A DNA stretch of 61,766 bases, the filler included, from Catajapyx aquilonaris (lineage: Eukaryota): the NCBI GenBank assembly GCA_000934665.2. It is 2 parts of 2 records of this genome, joined end to end, with 100 filler letters (N's around TTAATTAATTAA, not from the genome) between each part and the next. Parts side by side here need not be neighbours in the genome. Positions count along the whole stretch, not along the records: positions 30,921 to 61,766 come from JYFJ02004622.1; 1 more part is not named here. One strand, 5' to 3'. Positions within the stretch are counted from its first letter, which is position 1. Each line of letters opens with the position of its first letter. Below the pieces are notes generated by a model, which was given only the letters and a program-made list of their open reading frames with translations, did not search any database and was not told where the DNA came from. This document shows positions 42,570 to 54,500 of this stretch, in pieces. The position numbers and the translations under genes are program-made.

Positions 42570-45500
42570 ATATTTTTTTTACGTTACCCCGTGATAAGGC
42601 TTAGCCTTTTTAGGGGAGTGGGATACCACCATTTTCTCTCCGTTTAACTTCATACACCGGTGCAAGGAGTCTAGGATGTAGGGTAGGGGTAGGGATTTTT
42701 GGGGAGGGAACATTGGTGCAAGTGCAATGTCGGTAAAGGGGTCATGTGCTGTTCCCCAGGAGGTTAGGTTGCCAGACACCTCCTTGGTGCAGGTCAGAGA
42801 CCCTCCTGACGCAGGTGAAAGGAAAGTTCCCCAGGCGGGGATCGAACCTGGGGCCTTTCACTCAGCAAGCCGTGACGTTACCATCACGGCCACCACACCT
42901 CCCCTATTATTATTATTGTTGTTGTTGTTGTTTTGTTGTTGTTAATAATAATTTTGCGTAGCCTAGTATTTTACCTTTTTCTCAAAACGTCACTTTTGTT
43001 ACATACACCCTTCTTCGAGGGAGGGGTTCAATTGTTGCACAGGCTGCATCTTGTAATGATGAAAGAGCAGGTCATCATGGATGACACGACGCATGGAGCG
43101 GGCCGACATTCCTAGTGTCAAGGCATGGCTAATGGCCGATCACCAAGGACTTCAGAGTAGTGCATTGCGTACTTCTTGCACCTGTTGAAGTGGCTGCTGA
43201 GCCCTTGGACGTCCAGTGCTATTCTGGTCCTGGCATGATGCTGTGTCCCAAACTGCTTCACCCACCTAATGGTCATCCGGTGGTCAGAGATTCTGTCCTG
43301 ACGTCCCAGCCCAAAATGTTGACTAAACATCCTCTGCAGAGCTGTGGGAGACTTATTATTTCTAAAATAAGTGTCCATGGCGGATGCAAGGTGTTCTACT
43401 GATCACACCATTTTTGAAAATGGCATATCTTCCTCACTCCAGCATATGCTCGTATTCCCTGCAAGTACAAACAGCACCACCGTATCATGTGATTCAAATC
43501 AGGCTATACATTTCCACTGAAACAAATGCAGCATGAGAGGTGGAGAGTACCTTCATGTGTATGTGTGAACTTTTACCCACCCTCAGAGAGCGCAAGTTGC
43601 TCCTGTGAGTGGTAGAGGGTCGTAATGCAAATACACGGTCCTCCCAATTATCCGGGCTAATGACTGCGCAGGTGTTGCCGGATAATCAGAAAACGCGGAT
43701 AATCGGGAAATGGTCCTAGACATCGTAATAATGAGCTATTCACAGGTTTTTAATGTATTACTGTATAGAGAGGTTGAATCAAAATAAAACTTACCATGGA
43801 TTTTTACTCTGTCTTCTAGAAAAAGTCTGTTATACAGGGTGTTTCTTACTAGTAGGTCAACCCAAAGTCAGCCTAGTCCTTGGGCCAAAACAAGTCGAAA
43901 ATGTAGGGGTGAGAAATGTTGGGTGACCAACCTGTAACGAGGTAGATGACCAGGACCATTGGCCGGTGGTTGCCTAAGGAGCAGGATATGAGCGGTGATA
44001 AAGTGGTGAAAAAGGTGCCCTCGCAAGCCCCAACAGTCACGATTATCACGCTCATATCCTGCTCCTTAGGCAACCACGGGCCAATGTTTCTGGTCATCTA
44101 CCTCGTTACAGGTTGGTCACCCAACATTTTTTCACCCCTACATTTTCGATTTGTTTAGGCTCAAATAATACGCTGCCGGCGGGATGACCTACTAGTAAGA
44201 AACACCCTGTATTTCTTCCTTGGCGAGACACATTGAAAGTGGGGCGAATATTTGGTGAGGCACAGATAATAATCTGCACCCGGATAATTGGGAGTACAGT
44301 GTATATGGATATTCCAAAAACCGAAATCTGTACATCTGTACTTGGCAACACTAGTCTGGTCTGACTCGTCCGAACCCTTTTGCGGATTAAGGGGCCGTAC
44401 ACATATTACATCATCACATTTTTGACATTTATGAACCCCTTCCCGCCCTCGTCATCATTTGGCAACCCCTCCCCCACCCCCAGGTTTTTGGTTGGTTTTT
44501 TCATCCCAGCTTCGGAAAAATGTCGCTGGCGGTTGCCTCGATTATTGGCCAGCACTGTACAGCCCCTAAGCTTGTTGGAAAGGTGGGCATTTTGGAGGTG
44601 GTGGGGTGGGGGTCAGGAGATTTTGGGCCTGGCGGGGGCCACTGAGTAGTACCACGACCCACGCTAACAGCATCTCGAAATTCACAACCTTGACAGACAC
44701 AAACTTGTAACTTAACATACGAATATATAACTTGACACGTGAATATATAACTCGACACGCACATATACGAGACATTGTGATGTGTGTGTGTACGTATAAC
44801 TTGACATGCGAATATTTACATACATGCTTGCCCTTCAGGGTTTCCATAAAGGTCTCATTCATTGTAAACAAACATTTACAGAACAAATTAGGGAGACAGA
44901 GTGGCGCCGTGGTAACGCGCGTGCCCACGGAAGTTAAGGTCCCGGGTTCAATCCCCACCTGGGGTTCCCACCTTCTTTCGTGCAGAGTTGGGCCATCTCT
45001 GGCTTCGTTTCGGGTGGCAATTTCCGACAGACTAAGCCACCCGGGGGAGTTCACAAAATGGCTGTTTGAGACATTGCACATGCACTTTGCACATCCCCTC
45101 CTACCTACCCTTGGAACACACTAAATACTATCTTAGTATACCAGTTCCTCCCAGATGGTGGTAGTCCACCCCCCTAAAGGAAATGTAACTCCCAATGGGG
45201 TAATGCAAAAAAAAAAAAAAAAAAAAAAAAACTGAACAAATTTAAATACTGTAGTGTTCCTCATGAGGAACACCCCGATGAGTAATAGGCACCGGACAGC
45301 TTTGATAAATATATTCTCCAGTTCAGGTAAAACACGTCTGTTCTATCAGACAATCAGTTCACAACTCATCCCAAAACAACTCCCAACACTATATATACAC
45401 TGCTCCCATAGCAACGGTTTTCAATGCACAACTCCACCTGACAACAATACACTAAAGCCAGGACCCGAACCACTACAATACACATAGCTCCCTGCCGCAT

Positions 45501-48500
45501 ATTTCCCGGTAAGTGGACGTGCAGCTGAAAACCATTTTAAAAATCGCGAAATTCTATGACTTACATTTTCGCTGGGGGAAAAATCAGAATGATCTGTGAA
45601 GGGTAGGCAAACTCCCCCAGTGCCATTGCGGCCGTGAAAGTGACCTCGCTCCTAATTGGCCAGGCAGACCGCTCCCGAGTTCTAGGCCCTGCCTGCTTGC
45701 CACCTGAGCCGCCTTTTTTTTTTGCGCCTGATGACTCTCATTACCTCCGTTTAAACCTGACCTTTAAAAAAAATTTAACGGTCACTTAATGTTTTCATAA
45801 TTTATTAGAGGGAGTGGGCCATCACATATAATTATCTTGGATTTTTTCGAGGGATGGAAGCCACCTAAAAAAACCAGCGTAGCTGTCGCAATAGGATGAC
45901 ATTACCTTCTCGTGCATAGCATATGAGGCGGTACATGGCACTTTCAAGATGCAACTGAGGTTTGTAGTCTCTGACGCTTCAGCCCCGTCTTGTGTATGAA
46001 TCGAGAGCAAAACCAATGGTGCCAGATGCAGTGATTTTCACGTAGGGCACTATTTTTATACCCCCACCCAAAGAGTACAGAATCAAGCGGGAGACAAAGG
46101 GTTAACAAAAATGAAACATTCCTCAAAGAATGAGAGGAAAGTCACATTTTGCCAAAAGTCATGAAACGATAAGGTAATGTTCTCCCAAATTGCCTCTGAC
46201 GGAGGAGAGGGTGCAGGGCTCTATTCCCCTATTTTTTCCATTCTAGAAAGAAATGCTGATTTTGTTGTGACGTATTATTCGCAGGTAAAATGCAGACCAG
46301 ACCCTGCGCTATATTGGCACACTTTGCCTTATACCAGCATGCAGATATAGCTATCAGATGGCAATTTCTTAAATTTAGTTTGCCCCTGACTTTACCAGCA
46401 TGTCACAATATCCCTGGTAATACAGTATCAGTTACACTGATATGAATTAAATATTGCATTTATTGCAGTTTTAAGTTGTTGTAATGGTATTTTAGCTGAA
46501 ATAATTATTTTCTTGCATGAAGCACTTGGCTGTCTCTGAAGTATGGCTACTTATGCAATGTTGGTTTGTGCAGCACTTGATAGAACTTAGCATCCAAAGT
46601 ATGGATACCCAGTTAGCCCAATTTTTCTCTATATCTGTCTCTATGTGTCTCTCTTTTGCTCTTTCCCTTCCTGAATTTTGGGACTTTCCGGCCCATTTGC
46701 CATTGTATGTGCAAAAATATCGAAGGCAGTGCAGTTGGGAGGATGCGGAATATTCTGATAGGGAATCCTTGCTTCCCCGCCTCTCACTGGAGAACAAGAT
46801 GTAAGTAACAACCCTCTGGCAGGAATACTTTCAGGCTTCTTGCTGTCTACAAATTTGGCTTTTCTTCGGTTATGACTCTAACAATAAGGAGCAACAAGCT
46901 TGGGCATGCAGGAAAAAGGAGACTTGTGTTGGATTGTTTATGCGATGTACATTATTGCACTGAAGGGATTGTTTATGAAAATGATTATTTCCATCAAATT
47001 GAATTTTATGTGATGGCTCTGCCTTGTAATTTAGTATGCTTTAGAAATATCTGTGCAGTATTCTAGTGTAACTGAGTGTGTGATGTGGAGATGGTGGTTT
47101 CTCAAAACAAACCCTTATATATGTTGATTATGTCTATATTGTCAATATTGGGTGAGCCAGAATTCCTTGTTGATGCTATTTGTTTGGTATGGATGTAGTG
47201 GATTTTTTTTTTTTCCTCTGATGACAATTTAGAAATATTATGATTATACAACATAGACTGTGTGGCCACACTACCACCATTGAGCACCTCTAGCAGATGT
47301 TTGTGAAGGCAGCCTTCTGTTGTACAGGGGAAATCATAGTAAATGCACACATACATGTTGTGAGTCATGGTCTGTTTGAGGCTGGAATGAGAGTGCGTTG
47401 GATAGACTGTCATGAAATATGTTGTTATGGAATAGATGCACACCAACTTCATTGTTCCCAGGCAATTCATGATATATTTATTCCCACTAGTTCCCAGACA
47501 CTCAGGATGTGTCCTGAGCCATGCTGTGCACTTGCCAGTCATTTTGGTTAAGAGTAACTTGGATTATTATGAAACTCCACTATCCAGTCATGACATCATC
47601 CATATCATTCAGCGCAACACACTTTATTCTAGCCTCATGTAGACCTCCATTTTTATGCTACAGGCTTCACAGCATGAGCGGGTGTGAGGAGCATCTGTTC
47701 ATAAAGCTTTTTGTCATCTAACTGTGTGATTTCAATTGAGCAGGGGACACAATGGTCTAGTCCTAGTGGTTATGCCACCGGCCAGCCGAGCTAGAGGGCC
47801 AGAATTTACATCCTGTCTGCATCACTCTGTTGGTCAGGTTTTTTCCTGCCTCTTTACTGAAAAGGCCTGGCATTCTTGAGTGTCTGAAATGACTCAGAAA
47901 CTACCCAGGAATACCCTGTCTTGGGAACATTATCCCTCCTCCACTATTTCAGAAGTGGTATGCATATTTTAACATCATTGTTGAACCATCAAGATTCAAA
48001 AGTTGACTCATATGAAGCTCAGAAAGTTGGGGGTCTGTTCAAAGTGCAACTTGTCCATTCCATTCCATATGACATTTGTGCACAATCTGCTATGCCAGTG
48101 GTTCCCAACTACCCTGGGGTGCCGCAGATGTTTATGTAGGGGTGCCTCGAAAAGGCTGCATGTCATAATATACTGTCAAATGGGGGGAAATTGTGCCACT
48201 TTTGGGAGGTTTTCCTTGCAATCAAACCAGAGTAATTGATATATCGGAACCAATATTATTTTTATACAACATTGCTGCACATCTCACCTTTCAGATCATA
48301 GGTTACATGAAAATAATTTTTATATACTAAGGGAGGGGAGATATAAATTCTTTTCCATGCCACAATTTCACCCTGTCGATTAGGTGAGATTGGGCCACCA
48401 TATTAAAATGCTTGAAATAAATAGGAAACGAGTCATGGGCGTACTGTCCATAAAAATGAGCATGTTTAATATGCGAAGAACACGTTTTTTGAAACATGGT

Positions 48501-51500
48501 GCAATTAGTTTAACCCTGGAACCGTGCCGTGCCTGAAAGTTACGGGAACCGTGCCGTGGGGTCTTTTAGGACCCCACGCCATATTTTCATTTTTATTAAT
48601 TTTTATGTAATACTTTTCAATGTATTCACTACATACAATCATTCTTTTAACAATGCCTAAAATGATTGCTAATTCAAAATAAACATGCACTTCCTGTTAT
48701 ATACTGTAAAAAAATGGCAAACAGTTCACTGTAATTGTAATTTTAATGCATTTTAATTTCTTTGGGGTCCGAAAAGACCCCACGGCACGGTTCCAGGGTT
48801 AAAAAGTGAAGGTGACGAGGCGAGATTGTACCACTGTTTTTCCCAGGTTTCCCCAGTTATTTCCATAATTTTCATGTGTGGCAGTGATGGGAAAGGTTGA
48901 TGTGCAGAAGATCGGTCGGAAGCTTTGGCAGATATCATGGCTAACATGCTGCGATGAAAAAAAGAGGAGATCATTGGATGGGAGCAAAGCGATCAGACGA
49001 GGAGTACTGCAGCTAGCAGCACGGCGAAAAAGAGAACATCGAACCTGATCGAATTGGAGCGTGAACTGGAGAATAAAATCGGATGGCCTACGTCCGAGAA
49101 AATCAAACTGGGTGGAGGAAGGGAAAAATCGATATAAATGCTTTTTTTCATAATTTTGAGCCAGTGACATGGACAGATCATGCTTGTGAATATAAACAAT
49201 GTGTTTTATCAAGATGAAGGAGTTCAGGGGTGTCCTTGAAGCGCCTTTAAACATCACTTGATTCATAACTTGGCATTTTTATTGACAACGGGGAAGAAAC
49301 AGCCTTTGTTCTCCACGACCCATTTAAAGCAATCCATCCCTAATTACCTTCGAAGTCTTACCAGTAATACCGTCGAACTGGGTGAGATTGGCCACATTTT
49401 GAGGTTTTTCTTACGAGCAAACAGAATAATTGATGTATTGGAACGAAATTTATACGCAACATTATTCCTGCACACCAACTGTAATGTAACATAAAACCAC
49501 CCACACACCCCCCATAAAAATACTTGGGCAGGGTAGCCTTCTCATGGTATGTTCCCACGAAACGGCTAAATAACTATGAATGTGATTAGGAATGGACTGT
49601 ATTAAATGTGTCGTGGAGAACAAAGACGGTTTCTTCCCCGTCTTGAGGCAATTCATCAATAAAAATGCCAAGTTATGAATCCAGTGATGCTTACAAGCAC
49701 TTCAAGGACACCTCCTTCCCTTCCTTCATCTTGATAAAACACACTGTTTATAGTCACATGCATGATCTGTCCAGGTCACTGGCTCAAAATCCAGAAAAAA
49801 TGCAATTGCATTAATTTTTCCCTTTGAAAAGGCGGCCGTATGTGGGCCATCTGATTTTTATTTGTCAGTACCTCGGTCGCGGTCGGTTCAATCAGGTTCG
49901 ATGTTCTCTTTCGTTGCCGTGACTAGTGGAACTGGTTGCAGTATTACGTATTTTTGTTACATCCAATTATCCACTCTATTTTTCATCACAGAATGTTGGA
50001 CTTGATTTCCCCCAAAGCCTCCCTCCGATCTTATTCAGGTGAACTCCTCTCATTACTGTCACACATGTAAATCAGTGAAATAATGGGAAAAAACAATGGA
50101 ACAATCTCTCCTCATCAAGTCCCCCCTTTTCATTCATTGGGTCATAGGTCAAGAACAAATGCAGATTTAAAAAACGTCAACTCGTATTTACTACCTTCGG
50201 TAATGTAGTTATCGAAATAGTAACTTACCTGGTAACGAGAAGCAACCGGCCACCCACCTCAACCAACACTATACCACCAAGTGCAAAATTTGAAGAAAAT
50301 CAAAATTTCAACAATAATTTATTTTATGGGCCTCATATCACAAATTTGCTTCGTGATTGTCAACCTTGAACATTTCTCAATGTAATGGAATATACCTAAT
50401 TTCGCTAGTTTACGCCTGCTGCCAGTAGGTTGCTTTGTTGTCCCAAAAACCGCACTAGCATGCTCTCGCCCCACCTGGCACAATCTCCCCCCATTTGAAG
50501 GTACAGTAGTTTCCCGCAGTTGCGCCCCGCGAAAATGTAATAATATTCGAAATCGAGGGTGTAATAATAATTTTATATATGAAGTGTCATAATACCGGTT
50601 GAAATGAAATGCAACTCTATTTACGAGTTCACTTTTCACTATGAAAAAATATTGCCTATACTATTCGCAAGTTAGGGTGCCTTCAGAATTTTGGGTGTGT
50701 ATAGGGGTGCCGCGAGCAAAAAAAGGTTAGGAACCACTGCGCTATGCTATGAACACAATGTCTGAATGACTGAGTGTTACGCACTACAGACATTCACCAA
50801 TATTGCCTATTGCAGATTTCTTCAAACTTGGTAGACAAGGACTCTCCCCTCAATAATGACTAGACTGTAAAAGTTATTTTTACCCAGTGCAGTGTCATGT
50901 TTAGGGTTTAAAGTGGGTTGTGTGGGGAGTGTCAGATTTCCTGTTTAACCCTTTTTTCATGTGTTTATAATGCATTTCTTGACATTCTGTGTCATTCTGC
51001 AGTACAAATTTTTTGCTCAGTCATGGTTTCGGTACATGACTGTGTTGTGTGCAGAAGTTAATACATATAAATGCTAGGAAATCAAAATTGGGTGCAAAAC
51101 TTCTACTTGAGATGGACCCAAAATATCAGGATATGATTTCAAACCTATTTTGAGAATGTCAAAATTGTGAAGTGTGACCCTTCCTACCCCAATCAACTCA
51201 TGTGTTAAGCATTAAATATAACATTAAGCAAAAATGGTTTTTGCAGTTATGTATTACACCTACCAGCTCGGAAGAAAATCTGAGTCTGACGCTTGGCAAA
51301 TGTCCTTTGTTTGCTACAAGACCTCAGTCATTAGGAGTCATTTTGTTACTTTGTGGTTTTAAAAAAGTCAATTTCATAATTATTCACACATTCAGAACTA
51401 TAGATCTTGCATAGGGTGAGCCAGAAAACAATTTTGTGGAGTTTTAAAATGTCCTGTACATGTCAAGAGCAGGTAATAATTCATGTGATCTGTGCAGAAT

Positions 51501-54500
51501 GCAACTTGTCTAATTACTTACTGTTCATTAAATTACAGCTGCTGGTATATTATGAAAGTGCTAGCTTTGCTGTAGGGAGTATGTTCGTGTATGCCAAATA
51601 ATTCAATTAACTGTACCTAGAAAACTACATGGCCTGAAACAGGGTCATAGGAAGCTATGTGCCATTCTTGAAAAGTAAAACATTATGGACAAGCAGCTTT
51701 GATGGGTTCTTTCTCTATTTGTGGGGGTGGATTTTGGTATCCACTGGGGGTCCTGGAACCAATACCCTGCAGATATGGAGGAGGGACCACTGTATGACCA
51801 CTACTACGACTACTACCATTGTTATGGACAGGCACCATTTAGGACCAACATTTTTGTGTATTTACAATAACTATGAAGTGACATCACAGGCTGCTTTTGA
51901 GTGCATCCTAGAGGAACTGAATGGCGGCAATATTGCACAACCCTCATGCAATAATTGAGAAAGCATTGTCTGTGAAGTCCAGTATTTTGGAGAACATTTC
52001 TGCGTTAGATTTTCTTACATATTAAATATCACTGCATAAAGCAAGATGGAACATGTGCTCGCTATGATATGGCTCATATGGTTTCTTGTAAGATTTTATA
52101 TTGGTCTTTGTTCTTTCAGGGGTATGACGGTCACTTCTGGTAACGTGTGCATCAAGAAGGATGATTCAAACTTGATTGGAATTAGTATTGGAGGTGGAGC
52201 TCCACTCTGCCCCTGTGTTTACATAGTTCAGGTAGTTAAGTATGACGACAGACTGGTCACATAAGCTGTAAATTTTAGGGTATAATCTAAGACCAAAGTA
52301 AATTTTTCATGTTGACTTAGTAATATGTATGACCTGTTTGGGAGCTACTGAAAAGATGCTCAGTATTTCAGGATCATTTTTGCCATGAATAAATTTTTAA
52401 TGGAGGTTGTTCATAATAATCTGAGATGCAAAGGGTAACTCAGTTTTCTCCTAACTGTTCTGATATTGCAAAAATCTGCATTCGAAATTCACAGTTGGAA
52501 TGCTTTCCTATTTCAAATCACTGAAGGGTGTTCCAGGATCCTTAGATAATAATTTTGTTATAATTTTTCTGACAACGGTTTGTCATGACTGATTGTCAGA
52601 TTTGCCAATTGAGGGGTGTGGTGGAAAAACGTGATACCCCACAAAAGTGTAAATTTTCAGGAGAGCAAATTGAAGCATGCACTTCCTTCACAAATCATAG
52701 GGAATGCAGGTTTTTATCTAGTCCATGTTGCCCTCTCATGCATGATATGTGAACTTAGAGTATACCTAATTGTTTGTCATGTCTTGTACGTAGTTGATAG
52801 GTGTTTAGGTCAAAAATGACAAAAATGAGGGTAATCATGATTCTCCACCTCATCCCTCAATTGTTCACTAAAGTTGGTAAAACAAGCACCTTGTGCAAGC
52901 TGTAATCTGGACGTTCTGCTATAAGTCATGACATAGCTCCTGTTTACAACTGTTGCTGAAAGTGCTGGCTTCCGAGCAGTGCAACCTGGTACTTTGCCCT
53001 GCAATTTTGCATGGAGGTCTGGGATAGGGACAAAGAGAATTGCACAGTGTCAAATATGGATGGAGGATTTGCCTGGGTGGCAAGGTGCCTACTTCATGTT
53101 AATGAGGGACAGGAAAGGTCATCTGTGACCAGTGGAATTATTTGGAACTCTTGGCTGATCTCTTTTTGAAGGACATAATTCTTCCAATAAACATATCTTT
53201 TTATCGGGGGGAGGTGTGGTGGCTGAGGTGGTAACATCTCAGCTTGCTGAGCGAAATGTCCCAGGTTCGATCCCCGCCTGGTAGCTACCTTTCGCCTGCG
53301 TCAGGAGGGTCTCTGACCTGCGCCTTTGGAGGTGTCTGGCAACCTGACCTCCTGGGGGACTGCACATGACCCAAAGGCTAGGACAATGCACCTGCACAAG
53401 TGTCCCCTCCCAACAATCTCTATCCCTACCCTACTTCCCTAATATATTATTCCTTGCACGGTGATCGAAGAAAAGTAGAAAAATGACTCTATATGGTGGT
53501 AGTCCACTCCCCTACAAACCTTAGTCGGGTTATCACGGGGAAATGGGGGGGGGGGGGGGNAAATCTTTTTATCAAGTTATTGGAGCACAGAATGGGACAT
53601 TGATCACATTCGCAGAGGCCAAATTTATGCCAACTACTTCATTGTGGCCCCTCTTTAAATTCTGGACAGTTACATCCGTTTACTGTCTTCTACAGTTGTA
53701 CGTAATGGCATTTAGCACCAGTCTGTCAGCTTTCGGCTTGGCCTTGACTTGCCTGCCTCTAATTTACGTGTGCCCAGCAGTATCCCCCCACACACAATCC
53801 AAGTTATGTCTGACACCCCATTGGCATAAGTTGTATATGGGTCAATAGTGAAAAAAAGTGCAATTTCATTTAAAACCGAACCAAGTGGCTAGCACAGTTC
53901 GCAATATAAATGTAACTAATACTTCAAATCGCTTCAAATGCAATGAAACAAGAAATGTGTAAATTCATAGTACCGTATTTACGCGCATATAAGACGCACA
54001 CGCGTATAAGACGCACCCCGGTTTTGAGGCGAAAAATCGTGGAAAATCGGTTGTTGACTTATATAAGACGCACCCAGATTTATTGCCGTAGTTTGGGAAA
54101 TGGCTTCGAGCATGTGCAATGCATGTGCGTGTGGAATCCATTAGAATCCAGTAAAAAGGGGGGGGCAAGTGGAAAATGGGACAATGCTACGCATCTGAAA
54201 GGTATAGGTGGCAAGGTCACACCGGAATTGTGCACGTGTGTGGACGATTTCTCATGGGTTTCACCCGTTGTGCCCTTCTGTATAAGACGCACCCTACTTT
54301 TTGAGCTACAAAAACCGGAAAAAGGGTGCGTCTTATATGCGCGCGTAAATACGGTACTTGAGACCTATCTGTATGCTTACATCTGACAATAAGTAGTGTA
54401 CAGCTATGAGTGCATTAGACACATGGTATAGGTGGTTCAAATAGGTTATTAAAATGATGTGCTTGAACATCTGACCCTGCCTAGGGGCGCCTGTGGACAG

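Noticed and set aside
42465..42647. Poly-Tyr ORF
   Set aside because: Translation of a (TAT)n SINE tail microsatellite.
44700..44825. Degenerate ~20-bp direct repeats (AACTTGACACGTGAATATAT)
   Set aside because: Short minisatellite without unique regular spacers; not a CRISPR array.
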